From Lama glama (taxonomy: Eukaryota), in contig CM052817.1 of NCBI GenBank assembly GCA_028534125.1, positions 9,798,001 through 9,862,000 on the forward strand: a stretch of DNA of 64,000 nt, in the 5' to 3' direction. The translations under genes were made by a program, and so were the position numbers. Positions 1-13,719 of this stretch are shown piece after piece (the stretch's first letter is position 1; every line of letters starts with the position of its first letter). Under the pieces are notes generated by a model, which was not told where the DNA came from, searched no databases, and saw only the letters and a list, made by a program, of their open reading frames with translations.

Positions 1-221
1 AGTCCCACACCCTGGGGCATCTACCTCTGGCCTTCTGAGATGGCTCCACTCTGTAGAATATGTGTCTCTCTAAATAAATCTACCTTTACTCAACTGTGAC
101 TCACTCTTGAATTGTTTCCTGTGCAAAGCTAAGGACCCCCTCTTGGCAGGGTGTACCCCAAGGACTCACCTGAGACCTGGAACACAACCATCCTCTCAGG
201 CTCCCCATTTTTCTGTAACAA
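1..221 (+). mobile_element. 3' part of an ERV1-type LTR
   Basis: AATAAA followed by U5-like sequence ending ...TTTTCTGTAACA. Confidence 0.5.
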
Positions 222-261
222 TGGGTTGAGGGCTGCTCCCATGAGGACACCTGGCCTGCAC

Positions 262-1432
262 TGTAGTGGCGGCCGAGTACAGACATAGAGATGGGATGGT
301 GACGGCAGCTGTGCAGCAGCACTTGCCCTTTGTCCCCAAGCCTGTGCTTGTGGCATCTGCACAAATATTAACTCTCTGGCTTGAGGTCTGTGACAGAAGT
401 TGCCAATAGTAAATAACATCAGTAAATTATTACAAAACAAAGTGCACACATGGACATAACAACAAAGCACATCAGGGAGCTACTGGAATTTTTCAAAGAA
501 TTTAGAATCTCTGGTTTTGAAAATGGCTGCAGCACTCCAAAGCAGTTACCCACAGGCTTAGAAATAAAACAAAATTTAAAATTTGCTACAATGGACAGAA
601 AAGAAGTGGTATGTTCATGTGAAGTTTCAGATGAACCAGTATTAACAAGGAACCATTTTAAAATTAATTTTTTCTTGTTAAGAAACTGTGGAAGAATGAA
701 TAAAGAAGACTTTTGAATTATGTGCAAATCATGAAGCTACTTCTGGCTTGTTGTACAACCTCTACAAGTTACAGAAAATATCAGAGGAAATATCAAAATG
801 CCATTATACAACTTTACACTTAAAACCAAACTCAGACTTACCAGAACTGACTTGTGAGAAAAGTTTAATCTTTTTAGAAAAATTACTCTGCAAATTATCA
901 GTTCTACATGTACTAAAATTTACTCTATGAAATAATCTATCCTTATTTATTCCATTGCTGTCAAAGCCTATAAAATACATTTCAGCTCCAGTAACAGAGA
1001 TATCAGCAGAAAATCCTTTTCAAAACTTAAAATTATTTGTGATCTTGAATTTGCAAAGAGTGAGTGACAAGCTTCAATCAAATTGATTGAAGTTTCTAAA
1101 AAAATGAACTTTGATGACCTGACACATGAATTTGCAGAAAGGTGAACCAGAAAAATCTTATGATCAATTAAGATATCACATTAATAAAGTATTATTATTT
1201 ATTGTATTACATAAAATTGTATATTATATATTGTGTTATGTAAAACTATGACATCAAAGTACTATATTCTTGCAATTTGTAAGTTTATGTTATTATTCAT
1301 AACCGTCATATTTCATAAGTAATAAAATATTTTTAAAGGAAAATAGTTTATATTTTAGTAAATTTAGCTGCAGTTTTCTCCCTATATTTTAGATATTTTG
1401 TACTCGGCTCCACAAATTATGTAGCCGGCCCT
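262..1432 (+). mobile_element. hAT-Tip100 (Zaphod-like) DNA transposon relic
   Basis: Broken transposase frames (HMDITTKHIRELLEFFKEFRISGFEN; dimerisation-domain relic near 980-1150) and terminal ...CACAAATTATGTAGCCGGCCCT. Confidence 0.7.
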
Positions 1433-1468
1433 TCCTCCAGAACCATTTCTTTGGGGTCATATGGATGA

Positions 1469-2090
1469 ATGTCAAAGAAGATCCAGGACCTCTCTGCAGC
1501 TCCATCTTAAAAATATTCCGCTTTGGCGTAATTATTTTGAATTAAAGTTACTTGAGAAACAGCCAGTACAAGAAGGACACTCTGACGGTCCTCTGTCGCC
1601 CTGGAAGCAGGAGTTTAATCACCCATGTGAAACGTACCCTCTCTGTTCCAGGAAATTTGGGACAAGGAGGCTGTATAAACAAATCCTGCTACTTCTTCAC
1701 TAGTTTACTGCCCTAAGCCCAAACCCCTTTGTCTTGTTAGTTCTTCACAAATTTACTGCCTCTGTCTATTTTATTTTATTTGAGTTTGTTTGTTTGTTCA
1801 ATGGAGGTGCTGGGGATTGAACCGAGCACCTGATGCGTACTAAGCATATGCTCTACCACTGAGCTCTACACCCACTTTTTATGTGCATTTTATTTTATTT
1901 ACTGCCTCTATCTAAAAGGTATAAAAGCTTTCTTCTTCGATCACTTCTTTGAGTTTCATAATTTTATGCGGCTCCTATATGTATGAAATTAAATTTGCTT
2001 TTCTCCTGTTAATCTAGGTTATGTCAATTGAATTATTAGACCGGTCAACAAAACTTACAGGGGTAACTGGCAAATTTTCCACCCCTCCAA
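1469..2090 (+). mobile_element. ERV1-type solo LTR interrupted by a SINE
   Basis: TG start, TATAAAA, ATTAAA poly(A) signal and a typical ...AAATTTTCCACCCCTCCA end. Confidence 0.55.
1768..1875 (-). mobile_element. tRNA-derived SINE (camelid Vic-1-like)
   Basis: Reverse complement of ...AGCTCAGTGGTAGAG..GCTTAG..GGTTCAATCCCCAG.ACCTCC with A-rich tail. Confidence 0.8.
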
Positions 2091-2094
2091 TGCC

Positions 2095-3235
2095 CTCTTG
2101 TTCTTGGAGACATTAAAAATCAAAAGTCTTCTGAGTTACAAAATTAATGGATCAGAGCCATGTTCCCAAGTGTGGTTTGCGCTGTCCTAAAAATCCAGTG
2201 AACTCTTCCAAGGGCCATACTTCTTTCACAGCAGTAGGAGGTACAAGGTACAAGATGTGATAACATGTTCTTTATTTTGGAGGGGATGTCTTGGCATGCC
2301 CCAGACCCCTGGCTCACTCTAACTTTACTCTTGAACCTCGGTAGGGTTGGTTTATCTCTCACATTCTAGCCTGCATGTGTTTTACCGGGGCATCTAGGAA
2401 ACTTGCTACTTCACGACTACTAGTTTTAACTAACATGATATCAATACAAGGGGCCAGACTGATGTTATGCAGAATGTTTAGACAATCAAGGTCTTTCAAT
2501 GAACTATTCCAACAGTGTCACTAGGACTGGCTCTAGGTGTCCTTGCCAGATGGTTAGATTTTGAGTTACGGGAGATCGCTCCTTATCAATACACTCTTTC
2601 TTATCTAGCTTTGGATGTTCCATACCACCATCTCCAGTCCAGCACCATTCTCAGACATGCTCTTTCAGTTCCAGGCATATAAATTAGGCAGATACTATAA
2701 TTATTTTAGTTAAAAATCCCATTTCTAAACAAGTCGGAGCCTTTCTGCATGTACATGGTGCTGATGTGTGAACCTAGTTATAGAGCAACGAAGGGAGGCA
2801 GGTCCTGAAGAGGGCAAGCATCGCCTTGCAACTTGAAGATTGAGCAGGTCTTCAGGCAACGGGAGTCGCTGTTCTCCATTGGGGTGAAAGCCAGCCCTGC
2901 GAACTCTGGGGGTTCAAGGTTTTTCAATCACATGTAGAAAGAGATCCCCATCCTAAGCCTCAGGGTCCCAGTTCTTCCTAGAAGGGAAGGAGACCTACCA
3001 CGGCTGTGAATTCAGACCTCCTGTCACTCTGCTCGCTCACAGTGAAGATGCTCACTTGAATGATGTTCAGCACAGTCTGCCCTTTGGCTACAGGAGATGA
3101 GGGTCTCCTTAAATGCACCATAGAGGTCTTCCAGCCTCACATCATGCCCAAGTTGATAGCTGGCTGACCTGATTCTGTCATTTTCTTCCTTTAGCACATC
3201 GGTGGTGCAGAAAGCAACTCGACAAGGGGGCATCC
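2095..3235 (-). mobile_element. ERVL/MaLR-type internal gag relic
   Basis: Minus-strand LKEENDRIRS...AFKETLISCSQRADCAE and later KNWDPEA*DGD match the ERV-L gag N-terminal signature (LKETLISCS.RA..AE...KEWDP..W.GD). Frameshifts and stops present. Confidence 0.75.
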
Positions 3236-5371
3236 TGTACTACGTATAGGAGTATCAAACTGTCAGATTGTACACTTTAAATATTTTCAATTTGTCAGTT
3301 TTATACCTCACCATAGCTGAAAACAAAATCACAAGACTATCTTACCAATGGAGAAAGTACTGACTTAAACCTGCACAACACTTCTTGCCCTTACTTACCA
3401 TGTTTTTCCTGGTAACTTCCCATAATTTTCTCCCCCACTCCCCTTTACCTATTAAGATGGAATTTAATCCTGAATTCTAAGCCACTTCAGGGAGTTACTT
3501 ATTTTCTTCTAGGCATCTCCCATGTATACATGAGGGATCTATATGTTAATAAATCTGTTATTCTCTGTCTTTTATTACAGGACCTCCACCAAGAAATTGA
3601 AGGGGTAGAAGGGAAATTATTTTTCCTCCTCTGCATCTGCCTTTAGCAAAATCCCTAAAGTCATTTTAGCCAGAATCCCTGCTTATTCTTGATGTCTCCT
3701 GTTGGTAATTTTCTACCCCCTCCACCCTGTGCCTTGGCTGTAAGTCCCCACTTGTCCATGTTCCTACAGACTGGAGCCAACTCTCTACCAAAGTCTCTCT
3801 TCCCCTATTATAATAGTTCCTTAAAAAATATTGCCATCACTGTTTTAAATTCTGTCTGGTTTTGGGTTTCCTTTGACACCAGTAACATCTGGAAGTACTC
3901 TCTTTCCTTCTCTCCAAGATCCACTGATCATCAGTTCTCCTAAATGCACTCATTCAACTCTTTTTATTTCCATCTGGGATGCTTCCTCTCACTCATTCAG
4001 GAAGCATCTTCTATTTAGAAAAAAGAAGCAACCTTCAGAAGAAAGGTCGCACTGGTCGGGGAAGGGAGGGTGCTGAGCAAACCACATCACCCACAGACCT
4101 GGCACTCACCGTCCCATTCGGCATGTTGCACGTCTGCCCTGGCTTCTCTTTTCTTAGCACAACACAGAAAACCCAGGATTTCTCATTTTTCACGTATCAT
4201 ACTAGTTCCTGTCTTATAGCAACTCGTGGCGATGGGAGAGGGTGGTTTGTGTAAGATCAGAGTGTGAATTGCTGCCAAATATGCTAAAAAAGCTTTAGTT
4301 TTGCCCCTAGGACGATGGGAACTACTGGAGGTTGAAACACTTCTCCCAGGGGGATGGCTGCTGTATGCGCCTGTCCTTAACTCATTCCACAAGTACTACT
4401 GTGTGTCTGTAGGTTCCAAGCCCTGTCGTAAGTCTGCAGTGAGCAGACACACATGCACGCCTTCTCGTAGTGCACCTTCTAGTAGGTGGGGGAGACAAAC
4501 AACAAGTAGTCTGTATGAAGAAGTAAATTGTATTTGAGAAGGTGATCCATGCTATGAAGAAGAATAGGGCAGGGAAGGGTGACAGAAAGTGCTGGGCCGG
4601 GGGCTATGGTGTTACATAGGAAGGGCTGGAAAAATCTCCCTCAGCAGATGATAGCTGAAGAAAGATTTGAAGAAGTGAAGGGATTAAGCCAAGCTGATCT
4701 CTGCGGAAAGAACCTTTCAGATAGAAGGAACAGCAGGAGCAAAGGTCCTGTGGTGGCCTCATGTTTGAACTATTCAAGGCAACGCAAGAAGGCCAGGACG
4801 GCAGGATCAGTGTGAGGGAGGGGAAGAGGCCAGGTCAGGTTGGGTCTTACAGGCCATTTTGCAGACTTTTTTCTGAATGTGATGGAAAGCCACCAGAGGC
4901 CTATTGGGAAGAGCCTTCTAGCCACAGTTTACCGATGACTCCAAAGACTGGTTGAGGATGTAAATTAAATATAAATCACTAAGAAGGTGAAGTGCTATCC
5001 TGGTCGAGCTTCATCTGGGAATGGGTGACTCTCCACCTCTATGTCTGTGAAATAATGTCATATCTAAGATACACAACACTGTATTCCTCTAAAATGTCAC
5101 ATTACATGTGTTCAAACTTTTGTCAAAGCTGTGTTTGTCCCTGGGGGTCAAATAGATCTGGGTTGATGGCACAGGGTTTTGGAAGTCCCTTGTGGAAGGG
5201 GTTATTAGATAACAGAGGAATTCTGGAAAGTGAGAAGACTTAGAAGGTCATCATTACATCTGTAGTGGAGATCGGTTGTGTCTGAGTGTGTGCACTTGTA
5301 TGTGTGCAGACACCAACCATCCTGGTGGGTCCCTGACAGTGCCAAGTGGTGTCCTTTGTCCCAGTGCCACT

Positions 5372-5381
5372 ATTTATTTAG

Positions 5382-5468
<87 letters not shown>

Positions 5469-5930
5469 TATTGAAGTACAGTCAGTTACAAGGTGTCAAT
5501 TTCTGGTGTGCAGCACAATGTCCCAGTCATGCATATACATACGTATATTTGTTTTCATATTCTTTTTTATTAAAGGTTATTACAAGATATGAATATAGTT
5601 TCCTGTGCTACACAGAAGAAATTTTTTTTTCAAGTCTATTTTCATATGTAGTGGCTAACATTTGCAAATCTCAAACTCCCAAATTTATCCCTTCCCACCC
5701 TCTTTCCCCCGGTAACCAAAAGCTTGTTTACTATGTCTGCAAGTCTGTTTCTGTTTTGTAGATGAGTTCATTGGTGTCTTCTTTTTTGCTTTCTTCTTTT
5801 GATTCCACATATGAGTGATATCCTATGCTATTCTTTCCCTTTCTGATTTACTTCACTTAGAATGACTATCCCTAGGTCCATCCATGTTGGCGCAAATGGC
5901 GTTATTTTATTCTTTTTTTATGGCTGAGTT
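5372..5930 (-). mobile_element. L1 3' end with (TCTA)n(TTTA)n tail-derived microsatellite
   Basis: Typical L1 3'UTR/ORF2 end (GATTCCACATATGAGTGATAT...; ATGGCTGAGT); microsatellite at 5372-5469. Confidence 0.85.
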
Positions 5931-6402
5931 GTGTCATTATTTAATAGCATCCCTCTCTGTTAGGGAGAGCCTCGGGGAGAGAAGACAGTGTGACACACAG
6001 CACCACGAACTGGTGGCGGGGGTGAGGGGTGTCCAGCTACCAAAGAGCGACCCAGCCACGGCCCAGCTGTAGGTTCCTAGCGGAAGTGGTCACTGCAGGC
6101 AATGAAGGGACAAACCCACACTGCCTTTCAGACAGTCTACATCAGTCAGGGTCCTAGGAGGACCTGGATAACACATTCAAGTTTGGGTAATTTGAGGAGG
6201 GTTTAGTAAAGGACCATTGACCAAGGTATCGATAGTGTGCAGAAACACCAAGGCCTGAAGGGACCAGCGGATGAAGTGGCTACCAGAACCTGGAAGGAAA
6301 GAGTCCCATGGAGAGGTCACCTTGAAAGGAGCAGTGACCTTCTGTCAGTGAACTCGGTAGGTGTGAGACAACCCTGCAAGGAGGGAGCCAGCTGGGGAAA
6401 TG

Positions 6403-6784
6403 GCTGTGCTCTCAATGACGGTGTGCCCCTCAATTCACCTGTTGAAATCCTAACCCCCAAAGATGGTGGGATTAGGAGGCGGGGCTGCTGGGAGGGGCTG
6501 ATGCCACGGGGGTGAAGTCTGATGAATGGGATGGGTGCCTTGTGAAAGAGACCCCACAGAGACCTCTCAGCTCTTCTGCCATGTCAGGACGGTGCCACGA
6601 GAAGGCGCAGTCTGTGAATCAGAAAGAGATCCCTCACCTAAACATGGCCCTGCTCATGCCCTGATCTTGGATTTCATCATGGATCTTGGATCCCAGCCTC
6701 CAGAACTGTGAGAAAGACATTCCCTCTGTTTAGAAGCTACCCGGTTTTTGTATTTTGTTATAGTGGCCCGAATGGACTAAGACA
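6403..6784 (+). mobile_element. MaLR LTR (MLT1A/MST-like)
   Basis: GTTGAAATCCTAACCCCC...CAGCCTCCAGAACTGTGAG...GACTAAGACA motifs. Confidence 0.8.
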
Positions 6785-7714
6785 GGAAATAAATAACTCA
6801 CTCTCCTTCCTCCCTCTGGAAGAGCCTGCTGGGGCCGGATGGGGGCAGAGAGCCAAATGGAGGTGGGTGGAGGATCTGGAGGGCCAAATGGGGGTGTCCA
6901 GCCCTCAAGCTCTTCAGTACACGTCACCATTGAGGACTGAGCAGGAAGGGAAAATCCTGACAGAAGCCGTGGGCTGTGGGCAGCCTCTGTGACCAGAAAT
7001 TAAATACCTGCCATGAGGACCCACAGAGATGGTGACGTGGAGACCCTTTGAAACAGGCTGACATTCTGCAAAGCAAGTGAAGACTTCAGAAGACAGTGAA
7101 ATAGAGGTTACTGGGGTTACGGTGACCCCATTGTGAACTTTGGCATCACGGGACTCAGGGAAATGGGTGTGCAAAACTTGGAAAGATTTCTGAATTTCCA
7201 AATAGTCTTCTTTTAGTCATGCACTTACCTACCAGGGCTCCTCTCTAAGAGCACTTCCTGTCTGCCGGTTCTGCTCTCAGGGTCCCCAGGGTGGCGCAGA
7301 TAGGTCAATGCTGAGAGGAAGGATGTTGTCATCCGCTCTGTGTTGTTGTGAATCCTGAAAAAATGACAAGGATGCAGCTGCATACACACTTGATTATGTT
7401 GATTTCAACTGGAGGGTGATTGGATAAGCAAGCCTGATAAGATGAGAAATAAGAGCTGCCCTGATGGTCCATCTTATAACATAAGTAGCTATTTCTGTTT
7501 TAGATCATATTTGGTGATTCTTATATTATTCCTGAAAAGGCAATACACACACATGGTTCAAAAAGAAAAACAAAAAAATAAAATAAAAATAAAAACAACC
7601 TAAAGAGCCTCACTCCCATCTTTGTTACCTCTTCTGTCCCCACCTTTCACTTGGATAACTATTTTCATTCTTTGTGAAAATGCAAGCACATGTGAATAAA
7701 TATTATTACTTCCT

Positions 7715-7860
7715 ATTTTTCTTTTTCTTTTTTTTTTCCGTTTTTTGGTGGGGAAAGCAATTAGGTTTATTTATTTACTTGTTAACGGAGGTACTAGGCA
7801 TTGAACCCAGGACCTCATGCATGCTAAGCATGCACTCAACCACTGAGCTATACCCTCCCC
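7715..7860 (-). mobile_element. tRNA-derived SINE (Vic-1-like)
   Basis: GAGGTACTAGGCATTGAACCCAGGACCTCATGCATGCTAAGCATGCACTCAACCACTGAGCTATACCCTCCCC with T-rich tail. Confidence 0.88.
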
Positions 7861-8865
7861 TTCACTTCCTACTTTTTCTTACACAAAAGGGAGTGTTCAA
7901 CACACAATACTTTGCATCTTGCTTTTTTTAATGCTTACTAATATATCCTAGAGATTACTTTGTATCAACACATAGAGTGATTTCTCACTATTTTTTACGG
8001 CAACATAATATTCCATGGGAGAGATGTTCATAATTTATTTAACCCATTCCCTGTTAGGAGCATCATTTGGTTTGTTTGTATTCATTTTCCCTTATTGACA
8101 ACGTTCCAGTGAGTAATCTAATATTCTCATCACTTCTTATGTTGGCAGGGATATTTGTAAGATAAGTTCCTAGAAATGTGGTCAAGGAATAAACGCATTT
8201 GTAACATTGATGTATTGATATACTAATTCTTCACTGGCTCTCTGTAATCTAAGCAGTGAAATGAACAACCACTATTATTATTTCCAGGTGAAAATCTCTG
8301 AGGAGGAAAATAAATGCTGGGTCCAGATAGAACCTTCAGTCAGTGTAGAGTGCAGCTTCCTGCTTTTGATGAACATTTCTGAGTGTTTATTCGTGTCTGA
8401 GTGCCAGCTCCATGTATACCCTGAGAATCCAGCTTGAAAAAAAATCTAACCATTTGGTTATTACTGTGGATAAACACTCTACCCCACCTCCAAAGAAACG
8501 AATTTCTTAATTATTTAAGAGACTCCAGGTTTTAATTCCAGCAGTCTAAAAGCTTCAGGGAACAAAGTTAAGACAATCTAAGAGCTGGAAATTCCTCCAA
8601 CAGGGCAAATACTGTTAGATTGATGGATGCACTAGGGTTTCAAAGACAGTCTGAAAAAATCCTCTCATTCCTTGCAACAGAGGTTTAAGCTTCAAAATTA
8701 CATGGTAAAAAAGACCTTTATTTTGCAAGTAACCACGGACTTCGGGGGAAAAAAAGTAAAAATCAAACAAAACACACCATTAACAACAACAAACAGGTGT
8801 GAAAAAAACAAAACAAAAAAACCACCACGTTCCAGTGTTTTTGCTAATACACAGGAAGGTGGGCT

Positions 8866-9484
8866 TGTAACCAAGCAGGACCCTATGGGGCCTTCCCGGG
8901 ACCGACCCCTCCATGTCCTCCACCTGCCTCTTGTCTGTAGAAAAACTCTAGCCTCCTAGGCCTTGCCTAAGTTCTAAAGAGTAAATTTATTCAAAGAAGT
9001 GAGAAAATGCAGAAAGAAAGGACAAGAAAGTCAAGCAAGACAAAATAAAAACAATTTAGTCATTAAACAAAGTCAAGGACCTTCAGTCCCTCCTCGTGGG
9101 CTATCAATAATGTTCCGAGCCATGTCCTTTGAACTGTTTTGCAGAGGCTGAAACCCCCACCAGATGGAAGAAGATGACTTATGCTGCCCCCAGATCAGTT
9201 GGAACCAGAAGTTTGATGATACTGACTCCCAATTACATCATCACCAACCAATCAGAAGAATGTCCACAAGCTTATCACGAGCCCCACAGCCCTCTTCCTC
9301 ACCCTGTCTCTAAAAACTTTTCCCTGAAAGCCAGCGGGGAGTTCAGATCTTTTGAACATGAGCCTCGCGGACTGTTTGTTTGGTGCCCTGAGCCAATGCT
9401 CCTCTTTCCTTCACCACAACCCGACGTCAATCCATCTGGCTTTACTGTGCGAAAGAGAGTGAGCCCAAGTTTGGCTCAGTAGCA
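8866..9484 (+). mobile_element. ERV1-type solo LTR with 4-bp TSD
   Basis: TGTAACC...CAGTAGCA termini flanked by GGCT on both sides (8862-8865, 9485-9488). Confidence 0.85.
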
Positions 9485-10324
9485 GGCTGGGGAAAGCTTT
9501 TCTCATTACAGAAAAACACAAGAAAGCCTAGCCTTTTAATGAGTTGTGAAAAATAGACTGTCCAGTAAAGCTTAACTATTAAAGACCCTCAGGGGGAGAA
9601 AGGGTGTAGTCCCACAAAATACCCCGCTAACTGAGAACTTTCTTATCAGTCTCCAATACTTTGGTTTTAGCCATTTTTGTTTGTGGCTAAAGGTTTGCTC
9701 CACAAGGCAGGGCTGGGGCTGGGGTGCATCTGAAAAACTGTATTGAATTTGTATTTTGCAGTACAAGCCAAACCCAGGAAGTGACACTCAACCATTTTCT
9801 GGGGCTGAGAGTAGACATGGTGAGAAGGTGTTGGAATAGGTTAAGAAAGACTGAGAAACTACCTGGTCTTGCAAAGATGATGCCCTGAATTGAATATGAA
9901 TCTTTTCTGGGTGAGCCAGGCTGTCATCATGAACCTGGGTTATTGTAGAATCCTACAGGTGTGTCGGGCTGTTACTCCTGCTGGTGGCCTTGGAGGATGA
10001 GGTTTGGAGTGATTTTCAGTTTTTCTGTGTGCTGTATGGCTGTGCAGTGCCAGCCAGCTCTCTTTCCATGATGCTCAGTCTTCAGTGTGTCTTTCTGGGC
10101 CCAAGGTCAAACATCAGTTCCACAGCATCTCTGTCTTGTGACCTTGGCTGACAAGATGGTGCTTCTCCTGTCTATAAGAGGACAAAGCACACAAGTCCAG
10201 GACTGTTGTAAACAGCGTTTCTCTTGTTAAGGAAAACAACTCTGCAATCCCACCCTCTCTTCACCACCCCTTCCTGTTAATGTTACAGAGAATCATTTTC
10301 TTTTACAGGGAATTCTTTAGTAAA

Positions 10325-11045
10325 TGTTTTCTTTCTTTTTTCTTTTTTTATTGGAGTATAGTCAATTTATAATTCGTGTCAATTTTTGGTATACAGTGTA
10401 CTGTTTTAGTCATGTATATACAAAAATATATTCCTTTTCATATTCTTTTCCATTATAGTTCACTACAAGGTATTGAATAAAGTTCCCTTTGCTATACAGT
10501 AGAAACTTGTTCTTTATTTTACATATAGTAGTTAGTAGCTGCAAATCTTAAACTCCTAATTTATCCCTTCCTACCCCTCTCCCCTCTGGTAACCATAAGT
10601 TTGTTTTCTATGTTTGTGTGTCTGTTTCTGTTTTGTAAATAAGTTCATTGTGTCCTTTATTTTAGATTCCACATGTAAGTGATATCATATGGCATTTGTC
10701 TTTCTGTATGACTTACTTTGCTTAGAATGATGATCTCCAGGTATATCCATGTTACTGCAGATGGCATTATTTTATTCTTTTCTATGGCTGAGTAGTATTC
10801 CATTGTATAAATATACCACAACTTCTCTATCCAGTCATCTGTCGATGGACATTTAGGCTGTGTCCATGTCTTGGCCATTGTAAATAGTGCCGCTATGAAC
10901 ATTAGGATGCAGGTGTCTTTTCCTCCAGATATATGCCCTGGAGTGGGGTTGCTGGATCATAGGGTAAGTCTATTTTCAGTTTTTTAAGGCATCTCCATAT
11001 TGCTTTCTATAATGGCTGCACTAAACTACATTCCCACTAGAGAAT
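10325..11045 (-). mobile_element. L1 3' fragment
   Basis: ORF2 C-terminus MFIAALFTMAKTWTQPKCPSTDDWIEKLWYIYTMEYYSA, plus 3'UTR and T-rich tail. Confidence 0.92.
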
Positions 11046-11426
11046 AAATATTTAATTTTTAAAAATCCAATAACACCATCACTTTGATTAACAGTGTTTA
11101 ATATCAGTTAATGGTTTTAATATGTATAAAGTATTTGGTGTCAATACCTATATAGTCCCAAATTGAAACAGAAGAAACTGTTTCTCACCTGAGCTATGTG
11201 TTGTTCATCAGGACCGGCATGCTGGTGCGGCCTTCCCTGTGGGTGCCTACAGCATTTGCAGCTCAATGTCTTTGGTACAGCACTGTGCACAAGAGTCAAT
11301 GCATAGAACTGGGTGGGTCTTCAGTTAAGTTACTTGATCTCTGCCACAATCAGGGTTCTTAGTTATGTACAACAGAATCAGCTCCCGGTAATATATTACA
11401 GGATGGTAAGTTCCAGAATCTCTAGG

Positions 11427-11654
11427 AGATTGGAAGAATAAATATTGTTAAAATGGCCATGCTACCCAAAGCCATCTACAGATTTAATTCAATCTCTATC
11501 AAATTACCCAGGACATTTTTCACAGAACTAGAGCAAATAATCTTAAAATTGATACGGAATCACAAAAGATCCAGAATTGCCAAAGCAATACTAAAGAAAA
11601 AGAACAAAGCTGCAGGAATAACCCTCCTAGACTTCAGACAATACTACAGAGCTA
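11427..11654 (+). mobile_element. Internal L1 ORF2 fragment with 13-bp TSD and no poly(A)
   Basis: [28 protein letters not shown]... flanked by CAGAATCTCTAGG direct repeats (11414-11426, 11655-11667). Confidence 0.88.
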
Positions 11655-11921
11655 CAGAATCTCTAGGCAGATGGAATTAGGAAAGAGCGAGAAATAATAT
11701 CCAAATTATATCACTGATCCAGTTGAGAGCCTAGCACCCAGACCTCGGGGCAAAGGAACTGAACTATGGATGTGCAGCCCACAATGTGACCAACCGACTC
11801 TTCCTCTGAAAATTGGATGCCTACCACACTCAGTTTCCAAATCTATAAAATGGGTATAACAATCACATTTACCTCATGGAGCTATTTTTAGGATTTAATA
11901 ATGTGACATATATAAAGAGGC

Positions 11922-12547
11922 TATTATGGAACCAAATTTGGGTAGGCTCACCCACTGTGCAGCAAAAACAATCTACTGACACCAGGTTATGGCAAAGGAA
12001 AGAACAGCATTTACTGCAGATGCTAAGAGAGGGGAATGGCCAACACATGCTCAAAAGACCCAAACTCCCCATGGCTTTCAGGGAAAGATTTTTAAAGGCA
12101 ACATTGGGAGTGATGGTTGTAGCTTGTAGACTTTCTTCTGGTTGGTTGGTGACAAGGTAATAAGATAATATTTCTGGAATCTTAATCATCAAACCTTCTG
12201 GTTCCAACCAGTCCGGTGTCCACAGGCTAGTGTAGTTATCTTCCTCCACCTGGGTAGGGGTCAGGGGTCTTAATTTCTGCAGAACAACTCAAAGATGTGT
12301 GTCAGATTGTTGTGCACCTCCCTTGGGAAGGACCCAGGGCTCTGTTTATCACTGGACTCTTGTTTCTTGGCTGCTTTTCCTTTGATTCTGCATTTTCTCA
12401 CTTTCCTCATTAGTTAACGGCTTGAATCTGTTCTTTGGAACTCAGGGAAGACCTAGGACACTAAAGTCTTTTTCTACAAATAAGACACAGGAAACATGGA
12501 GGGGCTTTTGTATCCAGGAGGGCCCCACGGGATCCGGCTTGGTTTCA
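11922..12547 (-). mobile_element. ERV1-type solo LTR related to the 8866-9484 LTR, opposite orientation
   Basis: Shares blocks such as GTTGGAACCAGAAG.TTGATGAT and CACCAACCAA.CAGAAGAA; degenerate 4-bp flanks AGGC/AGCC. Confidence 0.75.
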
Positions 12548-12969
12548 AGCCCAGTACAGTGTTTGGCACATACTAAGTGCGCAGTTAATGTTTCCTCTTC
12601 ATTTCCTCCTCTTCCTCCTTTTTTCCTTCCTTTTTTTCTCTGCCCCTGCCCTCTTCCTTCCTTCTTCCTTCCTCCTCCTTCTAAGAGTGATAAGAAACAG
12701 CATGTAAACAATTCTGCTCATGGAAATCATTTTCCATGTTTCAGGGCCAGGAGGAGTTAACAGGGTACAAGAGCCCAAAAGCCACCGTTGTGTTGGATAG
12801 TACCACAAACTGAAAATGCTTAACACACCTCTTTCTCCATTTCTCGCTCTTTTTAGTGTTTCTCTAGTGATATCAAATATGAAATGAGCTGGCTTCATGT
12901 CAAGTCCAGGAGAAACAGGATGAAAATGCACTAGAGAATGTAAACTCCAGGCGGGCAAGGTTTGTATTA

Positions 12970-13440
12970 AAAAAAAAAACTTTATTGAGATATAATGCAT
13001 ATACCATAACATTAATCCTTTTAAAGTATACAGTTCAATGCATATTCACAGTTTTGCAACAACCAACCACACAATCTAAGTTTAGGACGTTTTTATCAGT
13101 CAAAAAAGAAACTCTGTATTCATCGGCAGTCACTCCCTATCCCACCGCCAACCAGCCCTAGGCAACCACTTTCTGTCTCTACAGAGTTGTTTATCTTGGA
13201 CATTTCATATAAATGGAATATACAATATATGGTCTTTAGCGACTGGCATTTTGAGCCTAGCATAACGTTTTCAGGATTCAACAATGTCTTAGTGTGTGTT
13301 AATAATGTCATTCCTTTTTAAGGCTGCAATATTCCATTGCATGGTATACTACATTTTGTTCATAGGTTCATTGATTGATGGATATTTGGATTGTTTCTAC
13401 TTTTTGGCTATTGTGGTAATGTTACTATGAACATTAGCAG
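12970..13440 (-). mobile_element. Old L1M 3' fragment
   Basis: TTTATTGAGATATAAT...GGACATTTCATATAAATGGAA L1MB-like 3' end. Confidence 0.75.
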
Positions 13441-13719
13441 GGCAGGGATTTTCATCTGGTTTGTTCATTGCTGATACAGTGCTGGCATACGGTAAACCCA
13501 ATATAAGTATTAATTGAGCAAATTGAAAAAATGAAATAATAGTTGTCTGGTGAAGACATAATTTTTCCTTACATAGTAAGCATGAGTAAACTATTTTTGT
13601 TTGAATAGTAAATATGGTATCCAGTTTCCTCCTTCCTTCCTCCTGTCCTTCCTTCCTTCCTTCCTTCTTTCCTCTCTCCTTCTCTCTCTCTTTCTATCTC
13701 TCTCTCTCTTTCTTCCTTA

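Noticed and set aside
3024..3233. Possible CD38/BST1 exon (…GAFKETLISC…)
   Set aside because: Wrong strand, and the flanking motifs identify ERV-L gag.
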